64,000 bases of DNA from the human T2T-CHM13v2.0 reference genome, Homo sapiens. This document shows, in pieces, positions 41,723 through 56,600 of the stretch. Both the position numbers and the translations under genes were made by a program. The notes beneath the pieces are model-generated. The model ran no database searches, was not told the DNA's origin, and saw only the letters and a program-made list of their open reading frames with translations. Location of the stretch: assembly GCF_009914755.1 (NCBI RefSeq), contig NC_060940.1. One strand, given 5' to 3'. Within the stretch, counting starts at the first letter, position 1; every line of letters begins with the position of its first letter.

Positions 41723-44700
41723 TTCCATTCGATGATGATTCCATTTGAGTTCATTCGATGATTCTATTCGATTCTCTTCGATGTTGATTCAATTCTATTA
41801 TATTGGATGATTCCATTCGATTCCATTTGATGTTGATTCAATTCGATTCTATTCGATGATGATTCCATTGGATTTCACTTGATGATTCTATTCGATTCCA
41901 TTCAATGATGATTCACTTCTCGTCCATTGGATGATTCCATTTCATTCCATTCGATGATGATTCCATTCGATTCCATTCGATGATTCCATTTGATTCCATG
42001 CGACGGTGAGCAATTCGATTCAATTCCATGATGATTCTATTTGATTCAATTAGATGATGTTTCCATTCGAATCCATTCCATGATTATTCCATTGGAATCC
42101 ATTCGGCGATGATTCCATATGAGTCAATTCAATGATGATTCCATATGGGTCCGTTCGATGATAATTCCATTTGATTTCATTCGATGCTTCTATTCTATTC
42201 CAGTCGATGATGATTCCGTTGGAGTCCATACGATGATTCCATTTGATTTCATTTGATGATGATTCCATTCGATGATGATTACATTGGATTCCATTCTATG
42301 ATTCCATTCAATTCCATTCGTTGATGATTCGATTCCATTCAATGATGATTCCATTTGAGTTCATTCGATGATTCTATTCGATTCCGTTCGATGGTGATTC
42401 AATTCTATTATATTGGATGATTCCACTCGATTCCATTTGATGATTATTCCATTGGAGTCCACTTAGTGAATCCTTTAGATTCTACTCGACGATGATTCCA
42501 TTCGAGTCCATTCGATGATACCATTCAATTCCATTCGTTGATGCTTCCATTCAAGTGCATTCGATGATATCATTCGATTCCATTTGATGATAATTCCATT
42601 TGATTCCATGCGATGATTCTATTCGATTCCATTCAATGATATTTCCATTCAATTCAGTGATTCCTCTGGACTCCATTTGATGATGATTCCATTCAATGAT
42701 TCCATTCGATTCTATTCGAAAATGATTCCATTTGAATCCATTTGATGATGATTCCATTAGATTCCATTTGATGATTCCATTCGATTCCATTCGACGATGA
42801 TTCCATTCGATTCCGTTTGATGATTCCATTCTATTCTATTCGATGATGATTCCATTCGATTCCATTCGATGATGATTGGATTCGATTCCATTTGATGATT
42901 TCATTTGATTCCATTCGTTAATGATTTCGATCAATTCCATTCGATGATTCCATTCGATTCCATTCGATAATGATTACATCCGGGTCCATTCGATGATTCC
43001 CTTTGAGCCTGTTCGATAATTCCATTTGAGTCCAACCAATGATTCCATTCATTTCCATTCAATGATTCCATTCGAGTCCATTTGATCATTCCGGTAGGGT
43101 CCATTCGATGTTGATTCCATTGGAGTGCATTCGATGATTCCATTCGAGTCCATTTTAGGATTTGATTCAAGTCCTTTCGATGATTCCATTCGATTCCACT
43201 CGATGATGATTTCATTCGAGTCCATTCGACACTTCCAATCGATTCCATTTGATGATTCCATTCGAGTCCAATTGATGATTCCATTCAATTCCATTCGATG
43301 ATGATTCCGTACGATTCCATTCTGTGATGATTCCATGTGATTGCATTCAATGATGATTCCTTTCGATTGCATTCGATTATGATTCATTTCGTGTTCATTC
43401 TATGGTTCCACAGGTTTCCATTCGTGTCCATTCCATTATTCCATTCTATTCCATTTGATGATGATTCCATTCGATTCCATTCATTGGTGATTCCACTCAA
43501 TTCCATTCAATGATTCCATTCCATTTCTTTCAACAATGATTCCATTAGTTTCTAATCGATGATCCACTTGATTCCATTTGACGACGATTCCATTCTTGTC
43601 CATTCGATGATTCCATTTGATTCCATATGATGATGATTCCATTCGATTCCATACCATGATGATTCCATTCGAGTCCATTCAATGGTGATTCCATTCAATT
43701 CCATTCGATGATTCCTTTTGATTCCATTCGATGATGATGGCATTCGATTCCTTTCAATCATTCCCTTTGATTCCATTCAAAGGTGATTTCATTCAAGTCC
43801 ATTCGATAATTGCATTCGATTCCATTCTATGATGATTCCATTCGAGTCCATTTGATGATTCCATTCAATTCAAGTCAATGATGATTCCATTCGATTCCAT
43901 TCGATGATTCCATTGGATTCCATTCGATGATGATTCCATTCAAATCCATTCGATAATTCAATTCAAGTCCATTCGATGATGATTCCAATCGAATCCATTC
44001 AAAGATTCCATTCAGTTCCATTCGATGATTCCCTTAGATTCCATTCGATGATTCCACTTGATTGCATTTACGATGATTCCATTCGATTCCATGTGATGAT
44101 TCCATTCAATTCTATTCAATGATGTCTCCATTTGATTCCATTCGACCATGATTGCCTTTGATTCCATTCAATGATTCCATTCGGTTCCGTTTGATGATGA
44201 TTCCGTTCGATTCCATTTGATGATTCCATTTGATTCCATTGGATGAGTCCATTCGATTACATTCGATGATTATTCCATTCGAGTGCATTAGATGATTCCA
44301 TTCGAGTCCATTCGATGATTCCATTCGATTCCATTCGATGTTGATTCTGTTCAAATCCATTCGATGATTCCACTCGATTCCATTCGTTGACTCCATTTGA
44401 TCCCATTCGATGATTTCCTTTGATTCCCTTTGATGATCATTCCATTTGATTCAATTCGGTGATTTCATTTGATTCCATTCAGTGATGTTTCCATTCGACT
44501 CCATTCGATGATGATTCCATTCGACTCCATTCGATTATGATTTCATTCAATTCCATTCGATAATGATTCCCTTCGAGTCCATTCGATGATTCCATTCGAT
44601 TCCATTCAACGATGATTTGATTCGTGTCCATTCGATGATTCCATTTGATTCCACTTGATGATGATTCCATTCGAGTCCATTTGATGATTCCATTCAATTC

Positions 44701-47460
44701 CATACTCCGATGATTTCTTTTGAGCCCACTCAATGCTTCCACTCGATTCCATATGATGATGACTCCATTCGATGAAATTCGATGATGATTCCATTCGCTT
44801 GCGTTCGATGATGATTCCACTTGAGTCCGTTAGAAGATTCTATTCAATTACATTCCAGGACGATTCCGTTCGAGTCCATTTGATGATTCCATTAGACTCC
44901 ATTCGACGATGATTCCATTCGATGTTATTCGATGATTCCATTCGATCTCATTCGATGATGATTCCATTCAACTCCATTCGATGTTTCCATTCGAGTTCAT
45001 TCTATTATTCCATTAGATTCCATTCGATGATGATTCCATTCGATTCCATTTGATGATTGCATTCTATTTCATTTGATGATGATTCCATTCGAGTCCACTC
45101 GATGATTCCATTCGAGTCCATTTAATGAATCCATTGGTTTCAATTCTATGATGATTACATTGGATTCCATTCGTTGATGATTTCATTCGGTTCCATTCCA
45201 TGATGATTCCATTCCTTTCCATTCAATGATTCCATTCGATTCCGTTTGATGATGATTTCATTCGAGTCCATTTGATGATTCCATTTGATTTCTTTCGATG
45301 ATGATTCCATTCGAGTCCATTCGATGATTCTATTCGAATCCATTTGATGATTTCTTTTGATTATATTTGGTGATGATTCCATTGGAGTCCATTCAATGAT
45401 TCCATTCTATTCCAATCGATGATGATTCCATTAGAGTCCATTTAATGATTCCATTTGATTCCAGTCTCTGATGATTATATTCGAGTCCATACGATGATTC
45501 CACTCAATTCCATATGATGATGATTCCATTTGATTCCATTCGGTGATTCCGTTCTATTCTATTCAATGGTGATTCCATTCGAGTACATTAGATGATTCCA
45601 TTCGATTCCATTCATTGATGATTCTATTTGTGTCCCTTAGATGATTCCACATGATTCCATTAGATGATGATACTATTTGAGCCCATCCAATGATTCCCTT
45701 CGATTCCATTCGATGAGGATTCCATTCGATTCAATTCATTGGTGATTCTATTCAATTCAATTCTTTGATTCCATTCCATTCCATTCGACAATGATTCCAT
45801 TCGATTTCTTTCGATGATTCCACTCGATTCCACTTGACATTGATTCCATTCGATTCCATTCAATGATTCCATTTGATTCCAGTGGATGATGATTGCCATC
45901 GATTCCATTCGATCACTCCATTCTATTCCATTTGATGATGATTACATTCGATTCCATTTGATGATTCCATCTGATTCTATTCGAGGATTCCATTTGATTC
46001 CATTCGATGATGATTCCATTCGAGTCCATTCGATGATTTCATTCGAGTACATCCAATGATTCCATTCGAGTCCATTAGATGATTCCATTTGATTCCATTT
46101 GAAAATGATTCTACTAGAGTCCATTCAATGACTCCATTCGAGTCCATTCAACAATTCCATTCGACTCCATTCGATGATTCCATTCGATTCCATTTGATGG
46201 TTCCATTCGAGTCCATTTAATCATTACAGTCGAGTCCATTTGGTGATTCCACTGGATTTCTTTTGATAATGATACCATTCAATTACATTTGATGATGATC
46301 CCATTCAATTTCATTTGATGATGATTCCATTAGAGTCCATTCGATGATTTCATTCGAGTCCCTTCATTGATTCCATCCGATTTCATTGGATGATGACTCC
46401 ATTCGAGTCCATTCGATGATTCCACTCGATTCCATTAGATGACTCCATTGGAGTCCATTTGATTGTTCCATTCGATTCCATTTGATTCCTTTCGAAGATT
46501 ATTCCATTTGAGTCCATTCGATGATGATTCCATTCCATTCCATTCCATGATTCCGTTTGATTCCATTCGATGATTCCCTTCGATTCCTTTCTTTGATGAT
46601 TCCATTCCATTCCATTCAATGATTCCATTCGAATCTATTCCATGATGATTCCTTTCGATTCCATTCGCTGATGTTTCCGTTCAATTCCATTCGATGATGA
46701 TTCCATTCGATTCCATTCATTGAGGATTCCATTTGATTCCATTCAATGATGATTCCATTCTATTCCATTCAATGATTGCATTCAATTCCATTCAATGATT
46801 ATCCCATTAGAGTAAACTCAACGATTCCATTCAATATCATTCGATGATGATTCCTTTTGAGTCCATTCAATGATTTCATTCAAGTCCATTTGATGATTCC
46901 TTTCAATTCCATTCTATGATGATTCCATTCGAGTCCATTCGATGATTCCATTCGATTGCATTCGATGATTCCAATATATTCCATTCAACGATGATTCCAT
47001 TCGAGTCCGTTCCATGATTCCATTAGAGTACATTTAATGATTGCTTTGTTTTCAATTCGAAGATGATTACATTGGATTCCATTCTATGATACCATTCGAT
47101 TCCATTCAATGATGATTCCACTCAAATCCATTGGATGATTCCATTCGTGTCCATTCGGTGATTTCATTAGATTCCATTCGAGGATGATTCCATTCGATTC
47201 CATTCGATGATTCCATTCAATTCCATTCGATGATGATTCCATTCCAGTCCATATGATCATTCCATTTGATTTCATTCAATGATGATTCCATTCGATTCCA
47301 TTCGACGATTCCATTCTATTCCATTCAATGATGATTCCATTCGAGTCCATTCGATGATTCCATTCGAGTCCATTTAATGATTCCATTGGGTTCAATTCAA
47401 TGATGATTACATTGGATTCCGTTCTATGATTCCATTCAATTCCGTTCATTGACAATTTGA
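41723..47460 (+). repeat. Macro-unit U8, 5738 bp (374-bp deletion only)
   Basis: Landmark 42050 to 47788 (+5738). Junction at 45198/45199. The line at 47461 reproduces positions 1-60 exactly, confirming the phase. Confidence 0.92.
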
Positions 47461-50400
47461 TTCCATTCGATGATGATTCCATTTGAGTTCATTCGATGAT
47501 TCTATTCGATTCTCTTCGATGGTGATTCAATTCTATTATATTGGATGATTCCATTCGATTCCATTTGATGTTGATTCAATTCGATTCTATTCGATGATGA
47601 TTCCATTGGATTTCACTTGATGATTCTATTCGATTCCATTCAATGATGATTCACTTCTCGTCCATTGGATGATTCCATTTCATTCCATTCGATGATGATT
47701 CCATTCGATTCCATTCGATGATTCCATTTGATTCCATGCGACGGTGAGCAATTCGATTCAATTCCATGATGATTCTATTTGATTCAATTAGATGATGTTT
47801 CCATTCGAATCCATTCCATGATTATTCCATTGGAATCCATTCGGCGATGATTCCATATGAGTCAATTCAATGATGATTCCATATGGGTCCGTTCGATGAT
47901 AATTCCATTTGATTTCATTCGATGCTTCTATTCTATTCCAGTCGATGATGATTCCGTTGGAGTCCATACGATGATTCCATTTGATTTCATTTGATGATGA
48001 TTCCATTCGATGATGATTACATTGGATTCCATTCTATGATTCCATTCAATTCCATTCGTTGATGATTCGATTCCATTCAATGATGATTCCATTTGAGTTC
48101 ATTCGATGATTCTATTCGATTCCGTTCGATGGTGATTCAATTCTATTATATTGGATGATTCCACTCGATTCCATTTGATGATTATTCCATTGGAGTCCAC
48201 TTAGTGAATCCTTTAGATTCTACTCGACGATGATTCCATTCGAGTCCATTCGATGATACCATTCAATTCCATTCGTTGATGCTTCCATTCAAGTGCATTC
48301 GATGATATCATTCGATTCCATTTGATGATAATTCCATTTGATTCCATGCGATGATTCTATTCGATTCCATTCAATGATAATTCCATTCAATTCAGTGATT
48401 CCTCTGGACTCCATTTGATGATGATTCCATTCAATGATTCCATTCGATTCTATTCGAAAATGATTCCATTTGAATCCATTTGATGATGATTCCATTAGAT
48501 TCCATTTGATGATTCCATTCGATTCCATTCGACGATGATTCCATTCCATTCCGTTTGATGATTCCATTCTATTCTATTCGATGATGATTCCATTCGATTC
48601 CATTCGATGATGATTGGATTCGATTCCATTGGATGATTTCATTTGATTCCATTCGTTAATGATTTCGATCAATTCCATTCGATGATTCCATTCGATTCCA
48701 TTCGATAATGATTACATCCGAGTCCATTCGATGATTCCCTTTGAGCCTGTTCGATAATTCCATTTGAGTCCAACCAATGATTCCATTCATTTCCATTCAA
48801 TGATTCCATTCGAGTCCATTTGATCATTCCGGTAGGGTCCATTCGATGTTGATTCCATTGGAGTGCATTCGATGATTCCATTCGAGTCCATTTTAGGATT
48901 TGATTCGAGTCCTTTCGATGATTCCATTCGATTCCACTCGATGATGATTTCATTCGAGTCCATTCGACACTTCCAATCGATTCCATTTGATGATTCCATT
49001 CGAGTCCAATTGATGATTCCATTCAATTCCATTCGATGATGATTCCGTACGATTCCATTCTGTGATGATTCCATGTGATTGCATTCAATGATGATTCCTT
49101 TCGATTGCATTCGATTATGATTCATTTCGTGTTCATTCTATGGTTCCACAGGTTTCCATTCGTGTCCATTCCGTTATTCCATTCTATTCCATTTGATGAT
49201 GATTCCGTTCGATTCCATTCATTGGTGATTCCACTCAATTCCATTCAATGATTCCATTCCATTTCTTTCAACAATGATTCCATTAGTTTCTAATCGATGA
49301 TCCACTTGATTCCATTTGATGACGATTCCATTCTTGTCCATTCGATGATTCCATTTGATTCCATATGATGATGATTCCATTCGATTCCATACCATGATGA
49401 TTCCATTCGAGTCCATTCAATGGTGATTCCATTCAATTCCATTCGATGATTCCTTTTGATTCCATTCGATGATGATGGCATTCGATTCCTTTCAATCATT
49501 CCCTTTGATTCCATTCAAAGGTGATTTCATTCAAGTCCATTCGATAATTGCATTCGATTCCATTCTATGATGATTCCATTCGAGTCCATTTGATGATTCC
49601 ATTCAATTCAAGTCAATGATGATTCCATTCGATTCCATTCGATGATTCCATTGGATTCCATTCGATGATGATTCCATTCAAATCCATTCCATAATTCAAT
49701 TCAAGTCCATTCGATGATGATTCCAATCGAATCCATTCAAAGATTCCATTCAGTTCCATTCGATGATTCCCTTAGATTCCATTCGATGATTCCACTTGAT
49801 TGCATTTACGATGATTCCATTCGATTCCATGTGATGATTCCATTCAATTCTATTCAATGATGTCTCCATTTGATTCCATTCGACCATGATTGCCTTTGAT
49901 TCCATTCAATGATTCCATTCGGTTCCGTTTGATGATGATTCCGTTCGATTCCATTTGATGATTCCATTTGATTCCATTGGATGAGTCCATTCGATTACAT
50001 TCGATGATTATTCCATTCGAGTGCATTAGATGATTCCATTCGAGTCCATTCGATGATTCCATTCGATTCCATTCGATGTTGATTCTGTTCAAATCCATTC
50101 GATGATTCCACTCGATTCCATTCGTTGACTCCATTTGATCCCATTCGATGATTTCCTTTGATTCCCTTTGATGATCATTCCATTTGATTCAATTCGGTGA
50201 TTTCATTTGATTCCATTCAGTGATGTTTCCATTCGACTCCATTCGATGATGATTCCATTCGACTCCATTCGATTATGATTTCATTCAATTCCATTCGATA
50301 ATGATTCCCTTCGAGTCCATTCGATGATTCCATTCGATTCCATTCAACGATGATTTGATTCGTGTCCATTCGATGATTCCATTTGATTCCACTTGATGAT

Positions 50401-53400
50401 GATTCCATTCGAGTCCATTTGATGATTCCATTCAATTCCATACTCCGATGATTTCTTTTGAGCCCACTCAATGCTTCCACTCGATTCCATATGATGATGA
50501 CTCCATTCGATGAAATTCGATGATGATTCCATTCGCTTGCTTTCGATGATGATTCCACTTGAGTCCGTTAGAAGATTCTATTCAATTACATTCCATGACG
50601 ATTCCGTTCGAGTCCATTTGATGATTCCATTAGACTCCATTCGACGATGATTCCATTCGATGTTATTCCATGATTCCATTCGATCTCATTCGATGATGAT
50701 TCCATTCAACTCCATTCGATGTTTCCATTCGAGTTCATTCTATTATTCCATTAGATTCCATTCGATGATGATTCCATTCGATTCCATTTGATGATTGCAT
50801 TCTATTTCATTTGATGATGATTCCATTCGAGTCCACTCGATGATACCATTCGATGATTGCATTCTATTTCATTTGATGATGATTCCATTCGAGTCCACTC
50901 GATGATTCCATTCGAGTCCATTTAATGAATCCATTGGTTTCAATTCTATGATGATTACATTGGATTCCATTCGTTGATGATTTCATTCGGTTCCATTCAA
51001 TGATGATTCCATTCAATTCCTTTCAATGTTTCCATTCAATTCCATACGATGATGATTCCATTTGATTTGATTCGACAGTGAGCCATTCGATTCAATTCCA
51101 TGATGATTCTATTTGATTCAATTGGTTGACATTTCCATTCGATTCCATTCGATGATGATTCCCTTTGATTCCGTTCAAAGATGATTCCATTCTAGCCCAT
51201 TCAATCATTCCATTCGATTCTATTCAATGATGATTCCATTCATGTCGATTTGGTGATTCCATTTGACTTCATTTGATGATGATTCCTTTCAAGTTCATTA
51301 GATGATTCCATTCGATTCCATTTGATGATGATCCCATTCGAGTCCATTCAGTGATTCCATTCGTTTCCATTCCATGATGATTCCATTCCTTTCCATTCAA
51401 TGATTCCATTCGATTCCGTTTGATGATGATTTCATTCGAGTCCATTTGATGATTCCATTTGATTCCATTCGATGATGATTCCATTCGAGTCCATTCGATG
51501 ATTCTATTCGAATCCATTTGATGATTTCTTTTGATTATATTTGGTGATGATTCCATTGGAGTCCATTCAATGATTCCATTCTATTCCAATCGATGATGAT
51601 TCCATTAGAGTCCATTTAATGATTCCATTTGATTCCAGTCTCTGATGATTATATTCGAGTCCATACGATGATTCCACTCAATTCCATATGATGATGATTC
51701 CATTTGATTCCATTCGGTGATTCCGTTCTATTCTATTCAATGGTGATTCCATTCGAGTACATTAGATGATTCCATTCGATTCCATTCATTGATGATTCTA
51801 TTTGTGTCCCTTAGATGATTCCACATGATTCCATTAGATGATGATACTATTTGAGCCCATCCAATGATTCCCTTCGATTCCATTCGATGAGGATTCCATT
51901 CGATTCAATTCATTGGTGATTCTATTCAATTCAATTCTTTGATTCCATTCCATTCCATTCGACAATGATTCCATTCGATTTCTTTCGATGATTCCACTCG
52001 ATTCCACTTGACATTGATTCCATTCGATTCCATTCAATGATTCCATTTGATTCCAGTGGATGATGATTGCCATCGATTCCATTCGATCACTCCATTCTAT
52101 TCCATTTGATGATGATTACATTCGATTCCATTTGATGATTCCATCTGATTCTATTCGAGGATTCCATTTGATTCCATTCGATGATGATTCCATTCGAGTC
52201 CATTCGATGATTTCATTCGAGTACATCCAATGATTCCATTCGAGTCCATTAGATGATTCCATTTGATTCCATTTGAAAATGATTCTACTAGAGTCCATTC
52301 AATGACTCCATTCGAGTCCATTCAACAATTCCATTCGACTCCATTCGATGATTCCATTCGATTCCATTTGATGGTTCCATTCGAGTCCATTTAATCATTA
52401 CAGTCGAGTCCATTTGGTGATTCCACTGGATTTCTTTTGATAATGATACCATTCAATTACATTTGATGATGATCCCATTCAATTTCATTTGATGATGATT
52501 CCATTAGAGTCCATTCGATGATTTCATTCGAGTCCCTTCATTGATTCCATCCAATTTCATTGGATGATGACTCCATTCGAGTCCATTCGATGATTCCACT
52601 CGATTCCATTAGATGACTCCATTGGAGTCCATTTGATTGTTCCATTCGATTCCATTCGATTCCTTTCGAAGATTATTCCATTTGAGTCCATTCGATGATG
52701 ATTCCATTCCATTCCATTCCATGATTCCGTTTGATTCCATTCGATGATTCCCTTCGATTCCTTTCTTTGATGATTCCATTCCATTCCATTCAATGATTCC
52801 ATTCGAATCTATTCCATGATGATTCCTTTCGATTCCATTCGCTGATGTTTCCGTTCAATTCCATTCGATGATGATTCCATTCGATTCCATTCATTGAGGA
52901 TTCCATTTGATTCCATTCAATGATGATTCCATTCTATTCCATTCAATGATTGCATTCAATTCCATTCAATGATTATCCCATTAGAGTAAACTCAACGATT
53001 CCATTCAATACCATTCGATGATGATTCCTTTTGAGTCCATTCAATGATTTCATTCAAGTCCATTTGATGATTCCTTTCAATTCCATTCTATGATGATTCC
53101 ATTCGAGTCCATTCGATGATTCCATTCGATTGCATTCGATGATTCCATTATATTCCAGTCAACGATGATTCCATTCGAGTCCATTCGATGATTCCATTAG
53201 AGTACATTTAATGATTGCTTTGTTTTCAATTCGAAGATGATTACATTGGATTCCATTCTATGATACCATTCGATTCCATTCAATGATGATTCCACTCAAA
53301 TCCATTGGATGATTCCATTCGTGTCCATTCGGTGATTTCATTAGATTCCATTCGAGGATGATTCCATTCGATTCCATTCGATGATTCCATTCAATTCCAT

Positions 53401-53634
53401 TCGATGATGATTCCATTCCATTCCATATGATCATTCCATTTGATTTCATTCGATGATGATTCCATTCAATTCGATTCGACGATTCCATTCTATTCCATTC
53501 GATGATGATTCCATTCGAGTCCATTCGATGATTCCATTCGAGTCCATTTAATGATTCCATTGGGTTCAATTCAATGATGATTACATTGGATTCCATTCTA
53601 TGATTCCATTCAATTCCGTTCATTGACAATTTGA
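47461..53634 (+). repeat. Macro-unit U9, 6174 bp (62-bp duplication type)
   Basis: Landmark 47788 to 53962 (+6174). Duplication at 50790-50913. Confidence 0.92.
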
Positions 53635-56600
53635 TTCCATTCGATGATGATTCCATTTGAGTTCATTCTATGATTCTATTCGATTCTCTTCGATGGTGAT
53701 TCAATTCTATTATATTGGATGATTCCATTCGATTCCATTTGATGTTGATTCAATTCGATTCTATTCGATGATGATTCCATTGGATTTCACTTGATGATTC
53801 TATTCGATTCCATTCAATGATGATTCACTTCTCGTCCATTGGATGATTCCATTTCATTCCATTCGATGATGATTCCATTCGATTCCATTCGATGATTCCA
53901 TTTGATTCCATGCGACGGTGAGCAATTCGATTCAATTCCATGATGATTCTATTTGATTCAATTAGATGATGTTTCCATTCGAATCCATTCCATGATTATT
54001 CCATTGGAATCCATTCGGCGATGATTCCATATGAGTCAATTCAATGATGATTCCATATGGGTCCGTTCGATGATAATTCCATTTGATTTCATTCGATGCT
54101 TCTATTCTATTCCAGTCGATGATGATTCCGTTGGAGTCCATACGATGATTCCATTTGATTTCATTTGATGATGATTCCATTCGATGATGATTACATTGGA
54201 TTCCATTCTATGATTCCATTCAATTCCATTCGTTGATGATTCGATTCCATTCAATGATGATTCCATTTGAGTTCATTCGATGATTCTATTCGATTCCGTT
54301 CGATGGTGATTCAATTCTATTATATTGGATGATTCCACTCGATTCCATTTGATGATTATTCCATTGGAGTCCACTTAGTGAATCCTTTAGATTCTACTCG
54401 ACGATGATTCCATTCGAGTCCATTCGATGATACCATTCAATTCCATTCGTTGATGCTTCCATTCAAGTGCATTCGATGATATCATTCGATTCCATTTGAT
54501 GATAATTCCATTTGATTCCATGCGATGATTCTATTCGATTCCATTCAATGATAATTCCATTCAATTCAGTGATTCCTCTGGACTCCATTTGATGATGATT
54601 CCATTCAATGATTCCATTCGATTCTATTCGAAAATGATTCCATTTGAATCCATTTGATGATGATTCCATTAGATTCCATTTGATGATTCCATTCGATTCC
54701 ATTCGACGATGATTCCATTCGATTCCGTTTGATGATTCCATTCTATTCTATTCGATGATGATTCCATTCGATTCCATTCGATGATGATTGGATTCGATTC
54801 CATTTGATGATTTCATTTGATTCCATTCGTTAATGATTTCGATCAATTCCATTCGATGATTCCATTCGATTCCATTCGATAATGATTACATCCGAGTCCA
54901 TTCGATGATTCCCTTTGAGCCTGTTCGATAATTCCATTTGAGTCCAACCAATGATTCCATTCATTTCCATTCAATGATTCCATTCGAGTCCATTTGATCA
55001 TTCCGGTAGGGTCCATTCGATGTTGATTCCATTGGAGTGCATTCGATGATTCCATTCGAGTCCATTTTAGGATTTGATTCGAGTCCTTTCGATGATTCCA
55101 TTCGATTCCACTCGATGATGATTTCATTCGAGTCCATTCGACACTTCCAATCGATTCCATTTGATGATTCCATTCGAGTCCAATTGATGATTCCATTCAA
55201 TTCCATTCGATGATGATTCCGTACGATTCCATTCTGTGATGATTCCATGTGATTGCATTCAATGATGATTCCTTTCGATTGCATTCGATTATGATTCATT
55301 TCGTGTTCATTCTATGGTTCCACAGGTTTCCATTCGTGTCCATTCCGTTATTCCATTCTATTCCATTTGATGATGATTCCGTTCGATTCCATTCATTGGT
55401 GATTCCACTCAATTCCATTCAATGATTCCATTCCATTTCTTTCAACAATGATTCCATTAGTTTCTAATCGATGATCCACTTGATTCCATTTGATGACGAT
55501 TCCATTCTTGTCCATTCGATGATTCCATTTGATTCCATATGATGATGATTCCATTCGATTCCATACCATGATGATTCCATTCGAGTCCATTCAATGGTGA
55601 TTCCATTCAATTCCATTCGATGATTCCTTTTGATTCCATTCGATGATGATGGCATTCGATTCCTTTCAATCATTCCCTTTGATTCCATTCAAAGGTGATT
55701 TCATTCAAGTCCATTCGATAATTGCATTCGATTCCATTCTATGATGATTCCATTCGAGTCCATTTGATGATTCCATTCAATTCAAGTCAATGATGATTCC
55801 ATTCGATTCCATTCGATGATTCCATTGGATTCCATTCGATGATGATTCCATTCAAATCCATTCCATAATTCAATTCAAGTCCATTCGATGATGATTCCAA
55901 TCGAATCCATTCAAAGATTCCATTCAGTTCCATTCGATGATTCCCTTAGATTCCATTCGATGATTCCACTTGATTGCATTTACGATGATTCCATTCGATT
56001 CCATGTGATGATTCCATTCAATTCTATTCAATGATGTCTCCATTTGATTCCATTCGACCATGATTGCCTTTGATTCCATTCAATGATTCCATTCGGTTCC
56101 GTTTGATGATGATTCCGTTCGATTCCATTTGATGATTCCATTTGATTCCATTGGATGAGTCCATTCGATTACATTCGATGATTATTCCATTCGAGTGCAT
56201 TAGATGATTCCATTCGAGTCCATTCGATGATTCCATTCGATTCCATTCGATGTTGATTCTGTTCAAATCCATTCGATGATTCCACTCGATTCCATTCGTT
56301 GACTCCATTTGATCCCATTCGATGATTTCCTTTGATTCCCTTTGATGATCATTCCATTTGATTCAATTCGGTGATTTCATTTGATTCCATTCAGTGATGT
56401 TTCCATTCGACTCCATTCGATGATGATTCCATTCGACTCCATTCGATTATGATTTCATTCAATTCCATTCGATAATGATTCCCTTCGAGTCCATTCGATG
56501 ATTCCATTCGATTCCATTCAACGATGATTTGATTCGTGTCCATTCGATGATTCCATTTGATTCCACTTGATGATGATTCCATTCGAGTCCATTTGATGAT

